From contig CBDHHL010000032.1 of assembly GCA_965263355.1 (NCBI GenBank), positions 3,424,001-3,488,000 on the forward strand: a stretch of DNA of 64,000 nucleotides, read 5' to 3'. Source of the DNA: Leptolyngbyaceae cyanobacterium. Lineage in GTDB: Bacteria > Cyanobacteriota > Cyanobacteriia > Phormidesmidales > Phormidesmidaceae. Position 1 is the first letter of the stretch, and each line of letters opens with the position of its first letter. The notes under the pieces are model-generated. The model searched no databases, was not told the DNA's origin, and worked only from the letters and a program-made list of their open reading frames with translations. Both the position numbers and the translations under genes were made by a program. This document shows, in pieces, positions 31,787 to 41,400 of the stretch.

Positions 31787-32461
31787 ATGTTGCAATCAAA
31801 GGGGCCAATCCGAATTTTAATTGCAGATGATGAAGATATCATTCGTTATGGTTTGAGCGCGATGCTGCAATGTGAAACGGCCATAGAGATCGTTGGTGAA
31901 GCTTGTAATGGTCAGGAGGCAATTGCTCAAGCGCAGCAACTGGAGCCTGATATCGTGTTGATGGATATCACTATGCCTCTGATGGATGGGGTGACTGCAA
32001 CGGGACAGATTTGCCAGGCATTACCTGATACGAAGGTGTTAATTTTAACCACATCAACTGAGGATAGTCATTTGTATGCTGCTATCCAACAAGGGGCGTC
32101 AGGTTATTTGCTCAAAAACATCCCCCCTGAAGATTTTATTCGTATTATTCAAAGCGCCTACAAGGGATATATGCAGTTTGATCCAACCATGGGGCAGACA
32201 TTACATCAGCGACTGCAGCCACCAACGTCTCTAAATCACGCCGTTGGTGACTGGAAAGGGGTAACCCCCAGAGAACAAGAGGTTTTACAACTGATTGCTG
32301 AGGGGGCTAATAATCGCGAAATTTCTCAAAAATTGCATATCGCTGAAAAAACCGTAAAAAATCATGTCAGCAACATTTTGAATCGAGTAGGCTTAAGAAA
32401 TCGAACACAGCTTGCCATCTGGATTAATAATACTAATTTCGAAACGCTACAGACTGTGTAG
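31787..32461 (+). CDS. NarL/LuxR-family response regulator
   Basis: IADDE, LMDITMP, TPREQEVL..EKTVKNHVSNI. Start may be upstream (31721/31775). Confidence 0.93.
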   Translation: MLQSKGPIRILIADDEDIIRYGLSAMLQCETAIEIVGEACNGQEAIAQAQQLEPDIVLMDITMPLMDGVTATGQICQALPDTKVLILTTSTEDSHLYAAIQQGASGYLLKNIPPEDFIRIIQSAYKGYMQFDPTMGQTLHQRLQPPTSLNHAVGDWKGVTPREQEVLQLIAEGANNREISQKLHIAEKTVKNHVSNILNRVGLRNRTQLAIWINNTNFETLQTV

Positions 32462-32548
32462 CATAAAAATCTGGCCAATAGTCTCTGGTATCCTAGGGGT
32501 AACATGAGACATAGCCCTAAACAGTGATTCTGACAAGATGATTAACAA

Positions 32549-34279
32549 GTGAACTGGACCGGGTCCTTAATGATACGTTGGAACCTTTGGGCAAAATTTA
32601 GTTTGTTTCTTTTTCTGGTATGGCTGTTGGTCAGTGCCATAACCATCGGTTTGCTCTCGCAGCATCTCAATAGTCAAGCAGAGCAGGCTGTGAAAGAACG
32701 GGCGGACATTGTGTTGACCTCAATGCAGGCGGTGCGCAACTATACGCGCGATCATGTACAACCCTTGTTAAGGGATAGCAGTGAAGTAGGGTATTTTGTG
32801 CAAGAGAGTATACCCAACTTTGCGGCACGAACTATATTTGCAGATTTTCAACAACAGGATGTGCTGCTGAAAGATTTTTTGTACAAAGAGGCAACACCAA
32901 ATCCCACCAATCCGTCGGATTTGGCGGATGCATTTGAGACTCGCATTTTTCGTCAGTTGCAACAGTTTATCAATGCTCAACCCCAAGGTTTGTCTGGCTA
33001 TCGCTCTCTAGAGGGTAAACAGCTGTTTTACATGGCACAGCCGCTAGTGATGAACGATGTCAGTTGTTTAGAGTGCCATGGCAGTGTTAAGGATGCTCCC
33101 AGCTATTTGGTGGATATGTATGGCGATCGCAACGGATTTGGGTGGCAACTCAACGATGTGGTAGCGGCACAGATGATCTATGTGCCTGCGGATATTATTT
33201 TTGATCGCGGACGTCAAAATCTGGTGACAGTGGCCAAAACGCTTTTGAGTATTTTAGGGGCGTTTTTTGTGGTGATTAACTTATTGTTATGGCGAACGGT
33301 GGTCAGACCCCTCAAAACCCTGACAACCATAGCTAAGTCCATCAGTAGCTGTGCTATTCAACCGCAACAAAATGCTGAAGTTCGAGACAAACATTTGGAA
33401 AAGTTAACGCTGCGCCAAGATGAGCCAGGACAGCTGGCACGTTCGTTTCATTACATGATCGATGTATTGAGTCGCCGGGAACAAGACCTACAGCAGGCGG
33501 TGCAAGAGCGGACCCAATCCCTGGAGCAGGAAATGCGCGATCGCAAAACGGCCCAGGATGCCCTACAGACCTATTCCCATGCCATGAACCATGACCTGCG
33601 CAACTTGGTCATGGGCATTTCTAATCTAGTGCAGGGGATGCTCTTTCGGTCATCCAGACAGGCTGCAGGAGCAAAACTCCCCCTAGAGCAGGTCCCGGTA
33701 ACGATAGAGCCTAAGGCATTGACAATGATTCAGCAGAGTTGCCAACGCCAGCTAAAACTCATGAGTGCGTTGATGAACGTTCAGGCTGCAGATATTTGGC
33801 ATATATCACTGCAGAAAGATAGCGTTAACCTCAGACAATTGACTGAAGACCTCAAGTTCTTCTACGCCCATAAGCAAGATTACTCAACCGTCAGAATAGA
33901 TAACCAAGTACTGGCAAATTTACCGCCAATTTATGGAGATTTTAGCCAACTCAGACGGGTATTCGAAAACTTAATTGGCAATGCCTTGAAATATAATCCC
34001 CAGGGAGTTGTCATCACCATGACTGCAAGCATATGGGAGCATAACCCAGCGATGATCCGGTGCGCAGTAATTGACAATGGCGTTGGCATTGATCCCACCA
34101 GCTGCCCCAACCTCTTTAAAATCTATACCCGTGGAAATACCCATTGTTCAGTAGCAGGCTATGGCCTTGGGCTTTACATTTGTCGAAAAATTGTTGAAGC
34201 TCATGATGGTACTATTGGTTTGGAGAGACCTGTTAGTGGCGGTGTCGAGTTCTGGTTTACGCTGCCCATCGTTGATTAG
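32549..34279 (+). CDS. Sensor histidine kinase with periplasmic c-type heme (DUF3365/Tll0287-like) domain, HAMP, HisKA and HATPase
   Basis: TM-KEATPNPTNP-CLECH-TM, MNHDLRN, NLIGNALKY, DNGVGI, GYGLGL. Confidence 0.9.
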   Translation: MNWTGSLMIRWNLWAKFSLFLFLVWLLVSAITIGLLSQHLNSQAEQAVKERADIVLTSMQAVRNYTRDHVQPLLRDSSEVGYFVQESIPNFAARTIFADFQQQDVLLKDFLYKEATPNPTNPSDLADAFETRIFRQLQQFINAQPQGLSGYRSLEGKQLFYMAQPLVMNDVSCLECHGSVKDAPSYLVDMYGDRNGFGWQLNDVVAAQMIYVPADIIFDRGRQNLVTVAKTLLSILGAFFVVINLLLWRTVVRPLKTLTTIAKSISSCAIQPQQNAEVRDKHLEKLTLRQDEPGQLARSFHYMIDVLSRREQDLQQAVQERTQSLEQEMRDRKTAQDALQTYSHAMNHDLRNLVMGISNLVQGMLFRSSRQAAGAKLPLEQVPVTIEPKALTMIQQSCQRQLKLMSALMNVQAADIWHISLQKDSVNLRQLTEDLKFFYAHKQDYSTVRIDNQVLANLPPIYGDFSQLRRVFENLIGNALKYNPQGVVITMTASIWEHNPAMIRCAVIDNGVGIDPTSCPNLFKIYTRGNTHCSVAGYGLGLYICRKIVEAHDGTIGLERPVSGGVEFWFTLPIVD

Positions 34280-34621
34280 TCATCAATGCAAAAAATTATT
34301 CGGTACCCGAGATTACCTAAAAAATGTCAGGGGATCAGAACAACATAGTGAAGTCTTTATATCTGTAACTTGCAATACGTTTTAACACGTTGTACAACAT
34401 AGATATCAGGTAAAGCGTATAAAGCAATACTTAATACTTGTGTTAACAAATTAAGACATGTTTAGGTTTTTAGCGTTTGAGACTTAGCGTTGTCGATAAA
34501 GAAATCACTTCAGTTCTTGAATTTACACCCTTATTACAATTAGATCAGCAACATAACGTTTGAAATTAGAGAGAGGTATTGCCTCTGACTATTTTCTTGT
34601 CCCTGTTTATAACTACCCATC

Positions 34622-35233
34622 ATGCTCCACTTACGTCATCCTTGCTTTATTGCACTCCATAGTCAACATGCTATCCAAAGCCATGATGTTTTGAAAATTT
34701 CTGATTTAGCCAACGCTGAAGGTATAGTGAACAATATCGAAGCCTACAGCTTTGATGAATTTCTTGGATTAACAATTTATCTATTTGTAACAACTCAGTC
34801 ACAATCGATCCGGGAAGAACTGTCATTTTATTTGTCAAAGTTTGGGAGTGCAGCTGTCTTGCCTCTGATACAAATCTTGTGTCGTATACAATTACCTGCA
34901 AATGTGCGACAGTTAGCACGGCAAAGTTTAGATGATATGGAGCTATATCCATTAATTATTGGGTTAAGCCACATCCTCGAACGTGAGATTGATAATATTT
35001 TGAGAACAGCAGCGATGGAGGTTTTGGTAAAGATTAGTCAAGAAAATAATCAATCAATTCTTTTGTTATTACCAAAGGTGCTTTCCAAAAAAACCTGGCA
35101 GGCATTGAAGGATAAGCTTTCAATGCTGTCGCCATCACCAAAAAATCATCAATCATGTCCTGACAGAAAAGTCTCCTTTAAATTAGAATCTTATTCAAAG
35201 GATGACAAACAACACTATGCTTTTATGCTTTAA
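34622..35233 (+). CDS. Hypothetical protein, possibly HEAT-repeat-like
   Basis: AT-rich ORF with LSKFGSAAVLPLIQIL and VRQLARQSL HEAT-like helices. Start uncertain. Confidence 0.5.
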   Translation: MLHLRHPCFIALHSQHAIQSHDVLKISDLANAEGIVNNIEAYSFDEFLGLTIYLFVTTQSQSIREELSFYLSKFGSAAVLPLIQILCRIQLPANVRQLARQSLDDMELYPLIIGLSHILEREIDNILRTAAMEVLVKISQENNQSILLLLPKVLSKKTWQALKDKLSMLSPSPKNHQSCPDRKVSFKLESYSKDDKQHYAFML

Positions 35234-35465
35234 TTAAAAGGTCAATCACCTTGGCAAGGTGACTCCATAGAGTGTTTAACGGACAATATATGGACAAATT
35301 TGATGACTTTTGTCTATAGTTAACATTGTTTTGCAACGTAAAGCTTAAAACTCAATAAAACTGTGACTTAAACGACACTGTTTTGTTGGTTTTTCTGATC
35401 TTATTAAAGAAGTAACAACAACCCTAGAAGGAAGCTTGCTATTGCGGCAGCTTTTTTAAACTCCC

Positions 35466-38033
35466 ATGAGCGATTCTCTACAAGCTAAAGCTACCAAAGA
35501 CACGACAGGACTTTCAGGAAATCGCACAGGTGTCACGATTGAATCAATAAAACAAGCATTGCTGGACAATCTCTTTTTTGTCCAGGGAAAGCCAGTGGCT
35601 CTGGCGACTCAGCATGATTACTACATGGCCTTAGCACACTTGGTGCGCGATCGCATGCTTGGCCGTTGGAACAGCACGGCGGAAAGCTACACCCAGACTC
35701 GGGCACGTACGGTTTGCTATTTTTCCGCTGAGTTTTTGATGGGTCCTCATCTGGGTAATAACCTGATCAATATGGGGATTTATGATCAGGTTAAGCAAGC
35801 TATAGGGGAGCTGGGCTTAGACTTTGATACATTATTGTCCCAGGAACCAGAACCAGGCTTAGGTAATGGTGGGCTAGGGCGTTTAGCCGCCTGCTATTTA
35901 GATTCCTTGGCATCGCTTGAAGTCCCTTCCTTGGGCTACGGCATTCGCTATGAGTTTGGCATTTTCCAGCAAGAAATTTGTGATGGCTGGCAGGTAGAGC
36001 GCACGGATAAATGGTTGCGCTATGGCAATCCTTGGGAAGTGGTCCGCCCAGAATGGGCGATGAAAGTAAAATTTGGTGGCCACACTGAATCCTCTGTTGA
36101 TAGTGAAGATCGGTATCGAGTTCATTGGATTCCAGACCGAGAAGTATTGGGAATTCCTTACGATACTCCGATTCTTGGGTATCAGGTCAACACAGCTAAT
36201 ACATTACGTCTATGGAAGGCTGCAGCAATTGAACCATTTGACTTTGCTGTCTTTAATCAGAGTGATTACTACGGCGCTGTTGACGAAAAGATTGCCTCGG
36301 AGAATATCACTAAAGTTCTCTATCCCAATGATGAAACGTTAGCTGGTAAACAGCTTCGTTTAGAACAGCAATATTTCTTTGTATCCTGTTCATTGCAGGA
36401 TATGTTCCGCATTTTGCAGGGGCAAAATATTCCGGTTGAGAAATTTCACGAAAAGTTCGCAATTCAGTTAAATGATACGCATCCTGCGATCGCATCTGCA
36501 GAACTCATGCGTTTGCTAATGGATGACTATGGGCTGGATTGGAGCTTGGCCTGGGAAATTACCCAGAAAACCTTAGCCTATACCAACCATACCCTGATGC
36601 CTGAGGCGCTTGAAAAGTGGCCCGTTAGCCTATTTGATAGGCTACTGCCTCGTCATCTAGAAATTATTTACGAAATTAACGCCAGGTTCCTGGAGCTTGT
36701 CCGTATGCGGTTCCCCAAGGATTCTGAGCGTCTGGCTCGACTATCCCTGATTGATGAAACGGGTGAGCGTTATATTCGCATGGCTAACTTAGCCTGTGTC
36801 AGTAGTCATACCATTAATGGCGTTGCCGCACTCCATAGCGAATTGTTAAAGCAGACAGTCCTGAAAGACTTTTACGACTTGTTCCCAGAGAAGTTTGCCA
36901 ACGTAACTAATGGTGTGACCCCTCGCCGTTGGATTGCCCTGAGTAATACCCGCCTGACTCAAGCGATCACCCAACGCATTGGCGATACCTGGCTGAAAAA
37001 CTTGGAAGAGTTGAAGCAACTTGAGTCGTTGGCCCATGATGCAACATTTCAAGACGAATGGCGACAAATCAAACAAACTGCTAAGCGAAACCTGGCCAGT
37101 CGCATTCATGACCAATTGGGTATCTTGGTGGATCCTGCATCCTTGTTCGATGTACAGGTAAAACGCATTCACGAATATAAGCGTCAGCATTTGAATGTGC
37201 TACACATTGTCACCCTTTACAGTCAGCTAAAGCAAAATCCTAATCTGGATATTACACCGCGCACATTCATCTTTGGCGGTAAAGCAGCCCCTGGTTATCA
37301 CATGGCAAAGTTGATCATCAAGCTGATTACGTCAGTCGGCGATATGATCAACAAGGATCCTGATCTGTGTAATAAGTTGCGGGTCATTTTCTTACCCAAT
37401 TATAATGTCACCAATAGTCAGAGAATTTATCCAGCCTCTGATTTGTCGGAACAAATTTCGACTGCTGGATATGAGGCATCTGGCACAGGCAACATGAAGT
37501 TTGCCATGAATGGAGCCCTTACCATTGGTACGTTAGATGGCGCTAATGTAGAAATTCGCCAAGCTGTTGGAGACGATAACTTCTTCCTATTTGGTTTGAC
37601 TGTCGATCAAGTTACTGACCTCAAAGCTCGGGGTTATAATCCCCGTGATTACTATGAGGCTAATTCTTCCTTAAAGGATGTCATTGACCTGATTTCATCA
37701 GGACATTTTTCCCAGGGAGATACCGACTTGTTTAAACCACTTTTGGATAAACTGCTTCAAGAAGATCCATTTATGTTGTTAGCCGATTATCAATCATATG
37801 TTGATTGGCAACAGATTGTTGGTCAAGCCTATTGCGAAACCCATGATTGGACCTATATGTCTATTCTTAATTCTATTCGCATGGGCCATTTCTCTTCTGA
37901 TCGGTCGATCCAAGACTATTGTCAACGCATCTGGAAAGTATCACCGTCTCCGATCAATTTAGACCACCATGCTAAATCGGGGTCTGATATTGGCGGAGAA
38001 CTTGCCTGTAAGCTGAGAAACCAGCAAGCATAA
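35466..38033 (+). CDS. glgP: Glycogen/alpha-glucan phosphorylase
   Basis: GLGNGGLGRLAAC, QLNDTHP, KRIHEYKRQ, and EASGTGNMKF (PLP site). Confidence 0.97.
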   Translation: MSDSLQAKATKDTTGLSGNRTGVTIESIKQALLDNLFFVQGKPVALATQHDYYMALAHLVRDRMLGRWNSTAESYTQTRARTVCYFSAEFLMGPHLGNNLINMGIYDQVKQAIGELGLDFDTLLSQEPEPGLGNGGLGRLAACYLDSLASLEVPSLGYGIRYEFGIFQQEICDGWQVERTDKWLRYGNPWEVVRPEWAMKVKFGGHTESSVDSEDRYRVHWIPDREVLGIPYDTPILGYQVNTANTLRLWKAAAIEPFDFAVFNQSDYYGAVDEKIASENITKVLYPNDETLAGKQLRLEQQYFFVSCSLQDMFRILQGQNIPVEKFHEKFAIQLNDTHPAIASAELMRLLMDDYGLDWSLAWEITQKTLAYTNHTLMPEALEKWPVSLFDRLLPRHLEIIYEINARFLELVRMRFPKDSERLARLSLIDETGERYIRMANLACVSSHTINGVAALHSELLKQTVLKDFYDLFPEKFANVTNGVTPRRWIALSNTRLTQAITQRIGDTWLKNLEELKQLESLAHDATFQDEWRQIKQTAKRNLASRIHDQLGILVDPASLFDVQVKRIHEYKRQHLNVLHIVTLYSQLKQNPNLDITPRTFIFGGKAAPGYHMAKLIIKLITSVGDMINKDPDLCNKLRVIFLPNYNVTNSQRIYPASDLSEQISTAGYEASGTGNMKFAMNGALTIGTLDGANVEIRQAVGDDNFFLFGLTVDQVTDLKARGYNPRDYYEANSSLKDVIDLISSGHFSQGDTDLFKPLLDKLLQEDPFMLLADYQSYVDWQQIVGQAYCETHDWTYMSILNSIRMGHFSSDRSIQDYCQRIWKVSPSPINLDHHAKSGSDIGGELACKLRNQQA

Positions 38034-38120
38034 GCGAACCGACTATTTTTCAACTCTTTTGCTTGTAAAACGTTTTGCCACACAGCCCTGGTATATTTCC
38101 AGGGCTGTTTTCTGTTTAGA

Positions 38121-39881
38121 CTAAAACCTTTGTTCACGTTTCTTGCGCTCAACGGTCTCACGGGCAATATCATAGGCTTCTGAAAACGTTTGGAAAGATT
38201 CTCGTGAGAAAATATCTTCTTTTGTTAGAGTTTCACCTGCCTCAAAAAAGAGTGTATCTAAGCGATTAGAGAGTGTATTGAGATCGCTGCCCTCTGACTC
38301 AATTTTCGTCATTAGCTCAACCACCTCATCGACATAAATTGACGAAAACCGACGCTGCCTTTCTTCAATTTCACGTTCGATCATTTCGCGGGCTGACTTA
38401 TACGCCTCACTAAACGCACGAAAACCCTCATGGTCAAGGCTAGAACTAGCAAATTGAAACGCTTTATCCAGTTCTGCATGTTGATCAGAAAGATAGACCA
38501 ACCGCGAAGTGAGCCAGTTTTTATCATCCGCCTGACGTGGCTGGTCGTAGATATTGAGTTTTTTCATCAACTCCACAAGCACCTTGATCTGCTTATTAGC
38601 TTGGGTCTTTCTAAAGCTGGTGTAGCCTGAATAGGCTAAAAGTGCCAGGGTAATAATCAACGCAAGAAAGTCCGCGTTTTCAATTACAAACGGTACCTGA
38701 AACGGAGTAAAGAAAGCCGTTGCCCCCCGATGGGCCGGAATGACGGTCTCGGTTGTCGGTGCAGTTATATTGCTGACTAAAGGCACCACAGACTCTGGGT
38801 TAAAATCAGCTGCTGTAAATTCCTCTGACTTCACCAATGTTGCCAGGGCATCCCGCAGTTCTTGCTGGTGCTCAAAGAGAATTCTGGTCAGCGTCTTAGC
38901 ATGGCCCTTAGGCAAGGATTTATGGGCCACCAGCAATCGTTCGATCGCAATCGTATCTAAATCAGTAGGCGGTACAGGGGGAGAACCTTGGTAGGTACCT
39001 TGGGGAATAGAGGACGCTTGATAGGCCGGATAAGTGGTCCCTTCCAGGGCCTTTGCCTGGGGAATCGCAACAGGTACCCAACCTTGGGCAATCAGCTGTT
39101 GAATTCTGCGATTCCCCAATCGCCGCACTCTAAAGACAGCAGCCACATCATTTCTGGCTAGCGTTTCTTTCAGTTCTTGAGGCCCATCCTGTCTACTCAG
39201 TCCAAGATGAATATCTAAGTAGAACGGAAAATTAAAGTGCTCGGCCAAGGTTTTGAGAGAGGGACGCTGTCCGCCTGCTTCTGGTGTGGCAATCTTTTGC
39301 CCATTTAGCTGATTTGGCCCAATGGTTAGTTTAGACAGGTCGGCCATTTCTGGACTTGTGAGGTTGATTTTTTCAGGATCTACCAGCAGTTGAAAATGGT
39401 CTTGGTAAAGAATAGCCAGTGCTCTAGCTGAGGCAGCCGACGGTAAACCAGCAGGGCTATCATCAGCCCGTTGAGGAATCAGCGAATAATAAAGCCGGTC
39501 AGCCTGGGCCGTAATTAGATTGACCTTGAGATTGGCAATTGAACGTCCTGATGTGCAGCTGGCTGGGTTGACTAAAGATTTTCTCTCAAGCGCACGGATA
39601 TTATCATCTGTGCCATCGGTCGCACATACGTCTAGCCGAATGGACGAGTTAGCTTCTACCACGTCTTTAAAGGCACGACTAAACAGATAGCTTTCTCCCG
39701 TTTTATTGCCCGCCGCCAGAACTAGGTATGAACCACTCAAGCCGAAAAATCGTAGCAAAAACCAGATCAGACCAATAAATAATCCACCACCGAGAAGAAA
39801 CAGTGGATATATAGCTTTGGCCGGTTGCTCAGATAGGGCAGCTGAAATAGCTGAGGGCTTTTTTCGAAAACTCGTCGACAT
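38121..39881 (-). CDS. TAXI-family solute-binding domain protein with flanking TMs and cytoplasmic helical tail
   Basis: N-terminal TM, TDGTDDNI, IPQGTYQG, IPAHRGA, a second TM, and duplicated F(R/Q)xFSEAY helices. Confidence 0.75.
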   Translation of the reverse strand: MSTSFRKKPSAISAALSEQPAKAIYPLFLLGGGLFIGLIWFLLRFFGLSGSYLVLAAGNKTGESYLFSRAFKDVVEANSSIRLDVCATDGTDDNIRALERKSLVNPASCTSGRSIANLKVNLITAQADRLYYSLIPQRADDSPAGLPSAASARALAILYQDHFQLLVDPEKINLTSPEMADLSKLTIGPNQLNGQKIATPEAGGQRPSLKTLAEHFNFPFYLDIHLGLSRQDGPQELKETLARNDVAAVFRVRRLGNRRIQQLIAQGWVPVAIPQAKALEGTTYPAYQASSIPQGTYQGSPPVPPTDLDTIAIERLLVAHKSLPKGHAKTLTRILFEHQQELRDALATLVKSEEFTAADFNPESVVPLVSNITAPTTETVIPAHRGATAFFTPFQVPFVIENADFLALIITLALLAYSGYTSFRKTQANKQIKVLVELMKKLNIYDQPRQADDKNWLTSRLVYLSDQHAELDKAFQFASSSLDHEGFRAFSEAYKSAREMIEREIEERQRRFSSIYVDEVVELMTKIESEGSDLNTLSNRLDTLFFEAGETLTKEDIFSRESFQTFSEAYDIARETVERKKREQRF

Positions 39882-40116
39882 GGTGCTAACAACACACTAA
39901 TAAAAAGAACATCAAGCCGGGTAAGGGGCTAAACCTACTGTTTACCTTTTTCTTTCAGGAGCCGCCCAGGCAATTCCTGTACCCGGTTTTATTAACAAAA
40001 GTTAAAATATCGATGTATCCTACCCGGCAAATCTGCTCTGTCAGGTTGCGTCTTTGGATACGTAGCACGCCCCCAAAGCTCCCTAGAATTAGGTTTGGGA
40101 ACTCAAGGAATAGCCC

Positions 40117-41397
40117 ATGACCATCTGGCATACAGGACTGCACCACAGTATTAAGTTGATTGCCGGATTAGGGCTACTGCTGCTGCCTGGTTGCGGTTTT
40201 TTTACCCCCAGTGAAGCCCAAGTAGGTCGTCCAGGTAAGCCTGAACGTTCAGAAAATCAGCCCGTTGCTGTAGAAACCGCTCGCGCCCAAACTAGCACTC
40301 TCATAGCAGCACTGGACTACACTGGCACGACCCAACCCCAGCAACAGATAGCCCTACGAGCCCAGACGGCTGGGGAGATAGTGGCACTCAACGTAGACGT
40401 AAGCGATGCGGTACAGCCAGGGATGATATTAGCCCAAATCGATAGTGGCTTATTAACCGCTCGGGTGAATGAAGCCCAGGCAGAGCTATCCGTCAGACAG
40501 TCAGAAGTAGTCCAGGATCAGGTCTCGATTGCCGATGCCCAGGCAGTTGTCGCCCAAGCCAAAGCGACTAGAGACCAGGCAAAAATCGATGCCGACCGCC
40601 TGCGGCAATTAGCCAACCAAGGAGCCATTTCTCACCAAGCCGCTGAAGCCGCCGAGTTAGCGTTGGCCAATGCCAAAGAGACCGTTAATGCAGCTGAGGC
40701 CCAGGTACAGGCAAGGCAGCAAGCCATTGCCGCCGCCACCAGTCGAGTAGATGCTCAGCAAGCCGTCGTTGCAGAAGCCAAGGAACAGCTACGGTGGGTG
40801 AATTTAAAGGCCCAAAGGTCTGCCACTGTGCTTGCTCGCCTGGTTGACCCTGGTGACTACGTTCAGCCAGGAACGACTCTATTAGAACTTGGCGACCTCA
40901 GTACATTAAAAATCGCGGTTCAAGTGTCCGAGCTAGACTTTGGGCAACTCACCATGGGTCAACCGGCCCAGATTCGACTTGATGCATTTCCAGAGATCGA
41001 CGATCTCACCGGTCGTATCACTCGCATTTCACCAGTGGCCGATGCCACATCGCGGTTAGTGACGGTGGAGGTGACGGTGACGAACCCTGATAACCGGCTT
41101 GGCAGTGGTTTATTGGCTCGGGTGCGGTTTATCCCACCGGGCGGTGAGCGTATCGTTGTGCCGATAACGGCTTTGGAGCTTGGGGTAAACGAGAATACTG
41201 TTTTTGTGGTGAAGCAAGAGAATGATCAATCTACGGTGGTAGAACGGTCAGTAAACGTAGGAGAGCGCCATCAAGGGCAGGTAGAAATTCTCTCAGGGCT
41301 GGAGAGCAATGAACCCTATGTAGTGAACAGTGATGCCCCCTTAGAGACAGGGCAGGCAGTGCGGTTGAGTATTTTGTCTGACGGAGTAGGTGAGTGA
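40117..41397 (+). CDS. RND efflux membrane fusion protein (periplasmic adaptor)
   Basis: Lipoprotein-like LPGC, lipoyl/hairpin/beta-barrel layout, ISPVAD. Confidence 0.93.
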   Translation: MTIWHTGLHHSIKLIAGLGLLLLPGCGFFTPSEAQVGRPGKPERSENQPVAVETARAQTSTLIAALDYTGTTQPQQQIALRAQTAGEIVALNVDVSDAVQPGMILAQIDSGLLTARVNEAQAELSVRQSEVVQDQVSIADAQAVVAQAKATRDQAKIDADRLRQLANQGAISHQAAEAAELALANAKETVNAAEAQVQARQQAIAAATSRVDAQQAVVAEAKEQLRWVNLKAQRSATVLARLVDPGDYVQPGTTLLELGDLSTLKIAVQVSELDFGQLTMGQPAQIRLDAFPEIDDLTGRITRISPVADATSRLVTVEVTVTNPDNRLGSGLLARVRFIPPGGERIVVPITALELGVNENTVFVVKQENDQSTVVERSVNVGERHQGQVEILSGLESNEPYVVNSDAPLETGQAVRLSILSDGVGE

Positions 41398-41400
41398 ACC

